The notes below the pieces were generated by a model. That model had not been told where the DNA came from. It did not search any database and saw only the letters and a list, made by a program, of their open reading frames with translations. Made by a program: the position numbers and the translations under genes. From Planctomycetota bacterium (lineage in GTDB: Bacteria; Planctomycetota; UBA8108; SXIK01): DNA of 64,000 bases. Position 1 is the stretch's first letter. Each line of letters starts with the position of its first letter. The DNA lies in NCBI GenBank assembly GCA_965223265.1, contig OZ244999.1:2816001-2880000 (forward strand), written 5' to 3'. Positions 47,587 to 56,267 of this stretch are shown one piece after another.

Positions 47587-48552
47587 ATGCAGTGGACTCG
47601 AAAAGACTTGATCGGGCTTGACGAGCTGAGCGCAGAGGAGATCGAGTTCATCCTCGATACGGCGACCGGCTTCACCGAGGTTTCTACACGCAGCGTGAAG
47701 AAGGTGCCGGCGCTCCGCGGTAAGGTCATCGTCAACCTCTTCTTCGAAGTGTCCACGCGCACGCGGATCTCGTTTGAGCTTGCTGGTGCGCGCCTCTCGG
47801 CCGACGTGATCAACTTCACGGGGTCGATCAGTTCGACGCTCAAAGGTGAAACACTCAACGACACGGCTCGAAACATTGAGGCGATGGGGGTCGACATCGT
47901 CGTGCTACGCCATCCCTGCTCCGGTGCCGCTTATCAGCTGTCACGGGTTTTGAAGGCGAGCGTCGTGAATGCCGGCGACGGTTCGCACGAGCACCCCACA
48001 CAGGCGCTACTCGATATCTTCACGATTCGTAAGGCGCTCGGGCGCATCGCGGGATTGAAGGTCGCCATCGTTGGAGACATCGGGCATAGCCGCGTCGCGC
48101 GGTCGAACATTTGGGGCCTGCAAAAACTGGGGGCCGACGTCTACGTTGTCGGGCCGCCAACTTTGGCCTCGCGCGGTCTCTCGAAGCTGGGGGTGAAAGT
48201 TTGTCACCATTTCGACGAGATTTTGCCCGAGATGGACGTATTCAACATGCTGCGAATTCAGCGTGAGCGTCAGGATCCGGGACTGTTTCCGACGCTGCGG
48301 GAGTACTCGCGTCTTTTCGGCCTCACAAAACAGAGAATGCGCCACGTCAGACCGGATGCGCTCATCTTGCACCCAGGGCCCATCAACCGAGGCGTGGAGA
48401 TCGCGCCTGAAGTCGCGGACGGCCCGCAGTCAGTCATTTTGGATCAGGTGGCGAACGGCCTGGCTGTGCGCATGGCTGTGCTCTACCTGGTCGGGGCGAC
48501 ACGTTCCGAGCAGCCCTCCGACGCACCGCTTAGCGCGGGAGGTGGCGTATGA
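47587..48552 (+). CDS. pyrB: aspartate carbamoyltransferase catalytic subunit
   Basis: [52 protein letters not shown]. Confidence 0.97.
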   Translation: MQWTRKDLIGLDELSAEEIEFILDTATGFTEVSTRSVKKVPALRGKVIVNLFFEVSTRTRISFELAGARLSADVINFTGSISSTLKGETLNDTARNIEAMGVDIVVLRHPCSGAAYQLSRVLKASVVNAGDGSHEHPTQALLDIFTIRKALGRIAGLKVAIVGDIGHSRVARSNIWGLQKLGADVYVVGPPTLASRGLSKLGVKVCHHFDEILPEMDVFNMLRIQRERQDPGLFPTLREYSRLFGLTKQRMRHVRPDALILHPGPINRGVEIAPEVADGPQSVILDQVANGLAVRMAVLYLVGATRSEQPSDAPLSAGGGV

Positions 48553-49865
48553 CCCGTCGTCTCTTGATCCGCGGCGGCCGTGTCGTCGACCCTGCGACGG
48601 GGCGGGACGAGATCGCGGACGTCTTTGTCGAAGGCGCGAGAATCGTCTCGATCGGTCACGCCAGTGCACCGACTGACGACACCGTTGACGTCTTCGACGC
48701 GTGCGGTCTCGTGGTGACGCCCGGGCTCATCGATATGCACACGCATTTGCGGGAGCCAGGTAACGAAGAGGTTGAAACCATCCTCAGCGGCGCACGCGCC
48801 GCTATCGCTGGCGGCGTCACGAGCGTCGCGTGCTTTCCGAATACCGACCCCGCGATCGACAACGAGGCGGCCGCCGAATTCGTCATCATTCAAGGTAAGC
48901 GGGCTGGCTATGCCAATGTCCTGCCGGTCGGCGCCGTGACCCTCGGCCTCGAAGGGACGCAGCTTGCTGAAATGGCCGGACTGGCTCGCGCCGGCGCGGT
49001 GGCGTTCACGGACGCGGATCGCACGCTACGCTCGGCGGAGATGATGCGCCGCGGTCTGCTCTACGCCAAGATGTTCGACCTGCCTCTCATCGCGCACTGC
49101 GAGGACGAGGATTTACGGCGCGGCGGTGTCATGAACTATGGACGCGTCGCGCTGCGCCTCGGGCTTGCCGGAATTCCGGAGGTTGCAGAAGACATCGTTG
49201 TCGCGCGCGACATTCGTCTCGCCGCCATCACGCAAGCACAGTTGCATCTCGGCCACATGAGTACGGAAGACGCGGTCGCACAGCTGCGGGCGGCGAAGGC
49301 GAGTGGCGTCGCGGTCACCGGCGAAGTGACCCCACCGCACTTCACTCTGACAGAGGACGAGCTCACCACCTACGACCCGAACTTTAAGATGCTGCCGCCG
49401 CTGCGAACTCGTCAGGACGCAGATGCGCTGATCCAAGGATTGGCCGATGGTGTGATCGACGTGATCGCTTCCGGCCACGCGCCTCATGCGCCTGAGGATA
49501 AGGACGTCGAATTTGTCTACGCACCTCCGGGGGTCGTCGGGCTGGAGACTCTCTTCTCGGTGGCTTACACGGTACTCGTTCTCAAGCACGGATTTTCGCT
49601 GCCATCGGTGCTCGAAAAGATGACGATCAACCCGGCGCGGATTCTCCGGCAAGATCAGGAGCGCGGTAGCCTCGCGCCCGGTAAACTCGCGGATATCGCC
49701 GTGTTCGACCTGTCCACGGAATACACGGTCGACGCCTCGAAGTTTCAATCGAAGAGCCGCAACACGTGTTTTGGTGGCATGCCGGTCTTTGGGCGGGCCG
49801 TGTTCGTCGTCGTTGGTGGCCGTCAGGTTCTGCGCGACGACCAGTTGGTACCTGTGCTGCAGTAG
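48549..49865 (+). CDS. pyrC: dihydroorotase-family protein, possibly inactive PyrC'
   Basis: [32 protein letters not shown]; but ASGHAPH instead of ATDHAPH. Confidence 0.9.
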   Translation: MTRRLLIRGGRVVDPATGRDEIADVFVEGARIVSIGHASAPTDDTVDVFDACGLVVTPGLIDMHTHLREPGNEEVETILSGARAAIAGGVTSVACFPNTDPAIDNEAAAEFVIIQGKRAGYANVLPVGAVTLGLEGTQLAEMAGLARAGAVAFTDADRTLRSAEMMRRGLLYAKMFDLPLIAHCEDEDLRRGGVMNYGRVALRLGLAGIPEVAEDIVVARDIRLAAITQAQLHLGHMSTEDAVAQLRAAKASGVAVTGEVTPPHFTLTEDELTTYDPNFKMLPPLRTRQDADALIQGLADGVIDVIASGHAPHAPEDKDVEFVYAPPGVVGLETLFSVAYTVLVLKHGFSLPSVLEKMTINPARILRQDQERGSLAPGKLADIAVFDLSTEYTVDASKFQSKSRNTCFGGMPVFGRAVFVVVGGRQVLRDDQLVPVLQ

Positions 49866-49974
49866 TGCTCCGTTTGCATTCGCCCCCGCTGGTACATGGG
49901 GAGTTCCCATAAACTGTTGCGGAGAGGGAGAACCTTGGGAAAGGTAGTGTTCCGGCGAAATCTGTCTTGGTAAC

Positions 49975-51159
49975 ATGCTACCCGGCCCAGAGGAGACCGC
50001 GCGTATGGGAGGAATGACCCCACCGAGGGGCTACACCAAGGAACATACCGAAAAGCGTATTCGGTGGTTGGCAGAAAAGACCGGGTTTCACGTCAGGAAT
50101 GGTGAACCCGATGATCCGGCGAAGCTCAAGGGCATCATTGAGAATCACCTTGGCTTTGTCCCCATACCTCTCGCTGTCGCGGGTCCCCTGCTGATTCATG
50201 GCGACTATGCGGAGGGGCAGTTCTACGTGCCGCTCTGTACGCTCGAGGGAACGCTGACGATCTCGATGACACGCGGGCTCTACTTGACCCAGCTCGCTGG
50301 AGGCATCAAGACCCGGCACATCAAGCAGGAGTTGTCGAGGAGTCCCCTCTTCGTCTTCAACGACATCGATGAAGTGGAGCCGTTTCAGGAGTGGGTGGAC
50401 GCTTCGTTCGAGTCGATCAAGGCTGCAGCGGAATCAACGACACGCTATGGGCGCCTACTACGGATTGATCAATACACCGTACGTAACAGCGTCATACTGG
50501 ATTTCATCTACAATACTGGCGAGGCGGCCGGTCAAAACATGGTGACTCTCGCGACGTACGAGGCGTGCGCGTACATTCGCCAGAACTACACCTCGGGACG
50601 ACCGCGAAACTACTACATCGAGTGCAACTTCAACTGCGACAAGAATCCAGCGTACAAGTCCGTGCTTCATGGCCGAAGCCATCAAGTCATCGCCAGTGCG
50701 CTCATCCCCGGCCGTTTCTTGAGGCGCGTGCTTCGTACCACCGCGCAGGAATACTGCGAAGCATGGTCTCACTGCACCCGCAGCGGGCAGATCGCGGGCG
50801 TCGTTGGCAACAACCTTCATGTCGCCAACGCGTTGGCCGCCATCTATCTTGCCACCGGGCAGGACGTGGCCTGCGTCGCCGAGAATGCGGTCGGCAACGT
50901 TGAGTTTGAGGTGCGAGACCAGGAGAATCTGTTCGTCACGTTGACGATGCCGTCGATCAGCGTCGGCACCGTAGGTGGTGGAACGACCTTGTCACATCAG
51001 AAATCGAATCTTGAAATGCTCGGCTGTAGCGGTAAGAACTCCTCTAAGAAACTTGCCGAGATCGTTTGTGCGTCTGCTTTGGCGCTGGAGCTCTCTTTGG
51101 GAGGCGCCATCGTCAGTGATGAGTTTGCCCAGGCTCACGCGATGTTCGGTCGGCGCTAG
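49975..51159 (+). CDS. class I HMG-CoA reductase-like protein
   Basis: IENHLG, VPLCTLEGTL, GEAAGQNMVT, CDKNP, ANALAAIYLATGQDVACVAE, VGTVGGGT, AQAH..FGR; start may be 50005 or 50014. Confidence 0.9.
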   Translation: MLPGPEETARMGGMTPPRGYTKEHTEKRIRWLAEKTGFHVRNGEPDDPAKLKGIIENHLGFVPIPLAVAGPLLIHGDYAEGQFYVPLCTLEGTLTISMTRGLYLTQLAGGIKTRHIKQELSRSPLFVFNDIDEVEPFQEWVDASFESIKAAAESTTRYGRLLRIDQYTVRNSVILDFIYNTGEAAGQNMVTLATYEACAYIRQNYTSGRPRNYYIECNFNCDKNPAYKSVLHGRSHQVIASALIPGRFLRRVLRTTAQEYCEAWSHCTRSGQIAGVVGNNLHVANALAAIYLATGQDVACVAENAVGNVEFEVRDQENLFVTLTMPSISVGTVGGGTTLSHQKSNLEMLGCSGKNSSKKLAEIVCASALALELSLGGAIVSDEFAQAHAMFGRR

Positions 51160-51335
51160 CGCCAGTAGCCATGCGTCGAACACCGCGCGAGCGTGCCGCG
51201 GCAAACAGTTCGAAAAGCCGTTTCGAAAAGCAGTTCTGAAAAGACACGTGAAGTAGGACCGATCCAGATTGACGACGCTGCCGACTGACCATCTCCAGTT
51301 GAGTGGCGCACTGAACTACGAACGGAGCGAGAGTC

Positions 51336-52094
51336 ATGGTGAAAAGTCTTCAGTATGAGCTGGAGCATGCGACAACCGAGCCCCAGGTGACGTCGCCGCA
51401 TCACGATTCACCGCTCTTCGTGCGCTGCACGCAGCGTTTGTTTCAGTCCTTCAGTCAGTTCGTGCTGAAGTTCTACTGCCCCATGCAGGTCGACGGCCGT
51501 GAGTACTTGCCCACGTCGCCGTTTCTGCTTTGCAGCAATCATAACAGTCACATGGACAGCCCCGTCCTCATGACTGCGTCTCGATTGCCGTTTTCGAGCT
51601 TTGGGATGCTGGCAGCGCGAGACTACTTCTTCGAGAATCGCACTCGCCGCGTCGGCTCGCAGATGATCATGAACCTCATTCCGATCGAACGCAACGCCAA
51701 CCGCAAGAGTATTCTGCAGTCCGTTGCTTCGTGTCAAAGTTTCATTCGCGCTGGCGGCCGCGGCTTGATCATTTACCCGGAAGGGACGCGGTCGACGACT
51801 GGCGTGCTGCGTGGCAAATTCAAGAAGGGGCCGGCGATTATCGCAGTCGAGCTCGGCCTGCCGATCGTGCCGGTCTATGTCTCGGGCACGAGCGCGGCGT
51901 GGGGTAAGGGCAAGCGATTCATGCGACCGCGACCCATTCGGGTGACCTTCGGCGCGCCCATCATGCCTGACGAGTTCGCAAGCGATGGGTTCGGGCAAGA
52001 CGGCGGCGGTGACGTGTCGCGCTTCGAAGCCTACCGAGCCATGACGGAGGAGCTCGAGAAGCGTGTGCGGGCCCTCAAACCCTCGGGCGATTGA
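51336..52094 (+). CDS. PlsC-family glycerolipid acyltransferase
   Basis: NHNSHMD (HX4D), IYPEGTRS, FKKG, PIVPV. Confidence 0.93.
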   Translation: MVKSLQYELEHATTEPQVTSPHHDSPLFVRCTQRLFQSFSQFVLKFYCPMQVDGREYLPTSPFLLCSNHNSHMDSPVLMTASRLPFSSFGMLAARDYFFENRTRRVGSQMIMNLIPIERNANRKSILQSVASCQSFIRAGGRGLIIYPEGTRSTTGVLRGKFKKGPAIIAVELGLPIVPVYVSGTSAAWGKGKRFMRPRPIRVTFGAPIMPDEFASDGFGQDGGGDVSRFEAYRAMTEELEKRVRALKPSGD

Positions 52095-53834
52095 GTGTCC
52101 GCGCCGACGCAGATGAAGTGGTGGGGTTGGGGCGACCCGGAGAAGGCGTTCGATCCGGCTGATAAGCCCTACCTGTGGCCGTTCATCGAGACGACACTCG
52201 GGATTTCTTCGCGGGCTCAGACGCCTCCGGTTCGCCTCGACGACATCGACATTCCCCCAAGCCGGTTGCACGAGACGGCGTTCAAGCACCTTCGCTCGGA
52301 GCTCGGCGACGAGCGAGTTTCGTCAGATGACTTCGATCGACTCCTGCACGCCTACGGTAAGAGTTTTCGAGATGTCTGGCGACTGCGCCATGGCATCGTC
52401 GACGTGGCTCCTGACTGCGTTGTCTATCCTGAAACGGAGCGCGACGTCGTCGCGGTTGTGACCGCGTCGCTCGAACACGAGTTCGTTGTGATCCCGTTCG
52501 GTGGCGGCTCGAACATTGCCGGCTGCGTTGAAGCGCGCGACACAGAGCGACCGATTGTCTCCGTCGACATGAAACGGCTGAAGCGGCTCCTGCAGGTTGA
52601 TGAAGAGTCGATGATCGCGCGGGTCGAGACAGGAGTGATGGGGCCTGATCTTGAGGCACAGCTCGCACCGCATCGTGTCACGCTGGGACACTTTCCCGAC
52701 TCGTTCGAGTACTCGACTCTCGGCGGCTGGATCGCAACGCGCTCTGCCGGCATGCAGAGCGATAAGTACGGTAAGATCGAAGACATGGTCATCGCCCTGC
52801 GAATGGTGACGCCGCAGGGGACGATCGCGACGCGGGAGGTGCCGAAATGCTCGAACGGCATCGACGTGAACCACCTTTGCATCGGCAGCGAGGGAATCCT
52901 CGGAATATTGTCCGAAGCGACCATGCAAGTTCATCGTCTGCCCGAGCGGCGGGAGGCGTACGGCTACCTCTTTCCCGACTTCGAGAGCGGTGTGCGGGCG
53001 ATTCGTCGCTGTGTCGAGGACGACTGCATGCCGGTTGTGACCCGATTGAACGACATCGGCAAGACGGCGCTTTCGTTCGCATTCAAGTCACCGTCGACTG
53101 GCTTCAAGACGGTGGCGAGCAAGGCCGTGAAGTCCTACTTGAGCAAGGTTCGTGGTTTTGACTTGCAGGCTTGCTGCCTCATGGTGACGATCCTCGAGGG
53201 CAGCGAACGCGATTTTCGTCGGCAGCGCCGCCGTGTCGAGCGCATCTACCGTGCGAGCGGTGGTGTGTGTCTGGGCACGGAGCCCGGCCGCTCTTTCGAA
53301 CGTGCGAAATACGACTTTCCGTATTTGCGCGATCACGTCATGGACCACAACATCATCGCCGACGTGAGCGAAACCTGCACCGTGTGGTCGAATCTCTTGC
53401 CCCTTTATGAGGGTGTTCGCAAGGCGATCGACAGCGCCATTCGTGACACCGGCCGGCAACCGTTTCTCGGTTGTCACGTCAGCCACACGTATCACACGGG
53501 CGCTAGCCTCTACTTCACGTTCGCCTGCGAAGGCGTGCCGGAGCGAGAGCTCGAGCAGTATCTCTACATCAAGAAAGCAGCGCAGGATGCATTCATCGCC
53601 GCCGGGGGCACGCTCTCGCACCACCACGCTGTCGGTTACGAGCACATGCCTTGGATCGAAGAGGATATTTCGCCCGCAGGCGTCGCCGCTGTGCGCGCTC
53701 TGAAGCGCGGCCTCGATCCCCGCGGCCTGATGAACCCGGGTAAGATCCTTCCCGGCGATGCGGCGCGGCGATTCGACGATTGGGGGTTCGGTGCGCAAAG
53801 TCAAGCTCGGTTCGACGAGCAGCGTGAGGCCTGA
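52095..53834 (+). CDS. alkyldihydroxyacetonephosphate synthase (AGPS)-like FAD oxidoreductase
   Basis: MKWWGWG, PFGGGSN, GHFPDSFEYSTLGGWIATRSAG..KYGKIEDMV, GSEG.LG, SHTY..GASLYFTF, GGTLSHHHAVG, MNPGK. Confidence 0.9.
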   Translation: MSAPTQMKWWGWGDPEKAFDPADKPYLWPFIETTLGISSRAQTPPVRLDDIDIPPSRLHETAFKHLRSELGDERVSSDDFDRLLHAYGKSFRDVWRLRHGIVDVAPDCVVYPETERDVVAVVTASLEHEFVVIPFGGGSNIAGCVEARDTERPIVSVDMKRLKRLLQVDEESMIARVETGVMGPDLEAQLAPHRVTLGHFPDSFEYSTLGGWIATRSAGMQSDKYGKIEDMVIALRMVTPQGTIATREVPKCSNGIDVNHLCIGSEGILGILSEATMQVHRLPERREAYGYLFPDFESGVRAIRRCVEDDCMPVVTRLNDIGKTALSFAFKSPSTGFKTVASKAVKSYLSKVRGFDLQACCLMVTILEGSERDFRRQRRRVERIYRASGGVCLGTEPGRSFERAKYDFPYLRDHVMDHNIIADVSETCTVWSNLLPLYEGVRKAIDSAIRDTGRQPFLGCHVSHTYHTGASLYFTFACEGVPERELEQYLYIKKAAQDAFIAAGGTLSHHHAVGYEHMPWIEEDISPAGVAAVRALKRGLDPRGLMNPGKILPGDAARRFDDWGFGAQSQARFDEQREA

Positions 53835-54695
53835 GTGAGCGAAAGCGCTGTGCCCAGCCGTGGTGGACCGTGCGGCGGCCAGGCCGTGGCCATCACCGGC
53901 GCTTCGTCCGGCCTCGGAGCGGCGCTCGCCGAAGAGTTCGCCCGGGCCGGCGCTGACGTAGCGCTCTTCGCACGCCGGCGGCCTGAGCTCGAGGCGGTTG
54001 CCGAGCGATGCCGCCGGCACGGAGCGCGTGCGGTCGTTGTCGCCGGCGACGTGACGCGTTACGAGGATTGCGAGCGACTGATCGAAGACGCCGCGGAGCA
54101 GCTTGGCGGCGTCGACTGCGTCGTCGCCAATTCAGGTATCAGCATGTGGGCGCGCTTCGATGAGGTGGAAGACATTTCCCTCTTCAAGCAGCTGATGGAC
54201 GTGAACTACCTTGGCGTTGTGCATACGGTGCACGCCGCGCTTCAGGCGCTCCTCAAAAGTCGTGGCATGATCGTCGTGGTTTCGTCCGTGCAGGGATGCG
54301 TCGGCGTGCCGTTTCACACGGGCTATGCTGCGAGTAAGTTCGCACTGCACGGATTCGTCGAGTCGCTGCGCCTTGAACTCGAGGGCACGGGTGTCGACAC
54401 CCTCATCGCCATGCCATATTGGATGCGCGGCACGGAACTCAGGGGAAGCGCCCTGTCGGCAAGCGGCGGCGAGGTAGGGACGGCGCGGCGCCAACACTCG
54501 CGCGGCGCCGTCGACGTCCAGGAGTGCGCGCGGCGCATTGTCGCGGCGACCGCGCGGCGTGAACGCCAGCTGACGATTCCCGGCAAGCTACGGTTTCTCC
54601 CGCTCCTCAAGGCGTTGGCGCCGCGGCTGACCGAGTCGATTGTGCGGCGCAAGATGCGGCGCGAGGATGCGCGAGGGCCGGCAGGAAGCGAGTGA
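53835..54695 (+). CDS. classical SDR oxidoreductase (DHRS7/7B-like)
   Basis: ITGASSGLG, NSGI, MDVNYLG, VSSVQG, YAASK; GTG directly after the AGPS TGA. Confidence 0.92.
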   Translation: MSESAVPSRGGPCGGQAVAITGASSGLGAALAEEFARAGADVALFARRRPELEAVAERCRRHGARAVVVAGDVTRYEDCERLIEDAAEQLGGVDCVVANSGISMWARFDEVEDISLFKQLMDVNYLGVVHTVHAALQALLKSRGMIVVVSSVQGCVGVPFHTGYAASKFALHGFVESLRLELEGTGVDTLIAMPYWMRGTELRGSALSASGGEVGTARRQHSRGAVDVQECARRIVAATARRERQLTIPGKLRFLPLLKALAPRLTESIVRRKMRREDARGPAGSE

Positions 54696-54855
54696 GGCTG
54701 GCACGTTCTCGGCGGAGCTGAAGAACGTCGGCTTCGACGCCCGGCGCGCGGCGCGGCGGGTGTGGCGATCGCATGATGCGCGCTAGCGCGAACACCAAGA
54801 GCGACGACGTCGACCGATCGCATCGGTGTCGATTCTGCCAGTTTTGGTCGCGCTC

Positions 54856-56034
54856 TCAGTCGTCGGCGTCGCCCGAGTCGCCTAAGACGTCCCCGGTTTC
54901 CGGCGGAGCAAGCTCATCGACGACAAAGTCAACCCGCTGACTGACGAGGACTCCGGGCTTGCTCGGGAGATAAAGCTCGACATCGGCGTACGAGACAAGA
55001 CGAGTTACAGGGTTCGAGGTGTAGAGTAGCTGTAGGCTGATGGTTTCGGGGCCTGAGACACCGAGGGCGGCCCGGTCTATGGCGACGCGTAGTCGCAGCT
55101 GTTGCGCTTGTTGAGGCTTAAACCCAAGGCCGTGGTTGGCGAGAACGGCCGCCTCCGGCGACGGATAGTACGGAATACCGTTGATCCACCAGCGAGCGAG
55201 AATGCGCCTGGCGGCGGCTGAGACTTCGACTCGCGAGGACGACGTGAGCAAAAGGTCTGGACCGTCGACCTTCAACTCGAGACCACTTGCGGGGACGTCG
55301 GCTCCGCTGAGGTTCCGAAGCTGGGGCAAGTGGGTCCGAGAGGCCTGAAGCGCCGCCTGCGTGGCTGAACGCGGGAAGGGTATGGTGCCGTTGCCCCAAC
55401 CGGGAAGGGCGATGCTTGAAGTGGGTCCCGAGACCTGGGCGGCCACAACTCCAGGTTGGGTTCCCTGGGTGATTCGGGTCTCGGCCGGTTCGAATGCTAT
55501 CCACGGATGTGACGGGTGCTCCTCAGCGTGGAGAACGAACTTGAGGATTTCTCGCTGCTCGGAGCTGATTCTGATGGTCTGCTCGCGCGCCTCTGTGACT
55601 GGCACGACGCGGAGAAACAGAAATGGTGGTGCGAGAGTTGAGGAATGCTGATGTATGCCACGGACGAACTGGTTCGAATCGTCGCTACCTGCGACTTCAA
55701 CGGTGAGGGGGCCGAACGGTTGTCCGCGGTTGTGGCGAAATTCATACGACCGAGGACCCTCAAACAGGCAGTAGAGGAGCACGCCAGAGTGAACGCGCGC
55801 ACTCGATGCCTCGACTCCGACGCGCACGCTGTGGCTGTCGCCGACTCGGATTGCCGGCTGGCGTAGAAGGTCGCCCCATGTCCGCACGACGGGGACGCCA
55901 TTCCACCAGTCGCGTAGCTCCACCCGCCGCACGTACGCCAGAGCTGCCGCCAGCAGCGCCGTCACGGTGAGCAGCATTGCCAGCAGCCGCTTCGGTCGGC
56001 GGCGTCCTGAGGGCTCCGATGCGCGCTCGGCCAA
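54856..56034 (-). CDS. hypothetical membrane-anchored protein
   Basis: Basic N-terminus plus hydrophobic helix (LLAMLLTVTALLAAALAYV); 392-aa ORF; no family recognised. Confidence 0.65.
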   Translation of the reverse strand: MAERASEPSGRRRPKRLLAMLLTVTALLAAALAYVRRVELRDWWNGVPVVRTWGDLLRQPAIRVGDSHSVRVGVEASSARVHSGVLLYCLFEGPRSYEFRHNRGQPFGPLTVEVAGSDDSNQFVRGIHQHSSTLAPPFLFLRVVPVTEAREQTIRISSEQREILKFVLHAEEHPSHPWIAFEPAETRITQGTQPGVVAAQVSGPTSSIALPGWGNGTIPFPRSATQAALQASRTHLPQLRNLSGADVPASGLELKVDGPDLLLTSSSRVEVSAAARRILARWWINGIPYYPSPEAAVLANHGLGFKPQQAQQLRLRVAIDRAALGVSGPETISLQLLYTSNPVTRLVSYADVELYLPSKPGVLVSQRVDFVVDELAPPETGDVLGDSGDADD

Positions 56035-56267
56035 CGTCCGTAAAGCCTTTCTTCGACATGGGTTGAGGATTCGAAGGATTTCGTTGAATGCTGCCTTGGT
56101 GGCGGGCGTCTATTCCGAGAAAAGCGACGCCAGATCACGGTGCAGCGAGCGACAGCTGCGCGTGGTTCTGCTAAAATCAGGTCATCTTTCTCTTATTGTA
56201 GACTCCATATGACCGGCGGATTCAACTCAGTCGCATCGTTCCTTGGACGACGAAGGGGGATGATCCC

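Noticed and set aside
49975-51159. Mevalonate pathway operon
   Set aside because: No HMG-CoA synthase, mevalonate kinases, decarboxylase or IDI in the window; neighbours are glycerolipid enzymes. A mevalonate role cannot be excluded without the rest of the genome
51205-51245. Imperfect repeats TTCGAAAAGC between the HMGR-like and plsC genes
   Set aside because: Only two good copies and one degenerate one; could be an operator but too short to support
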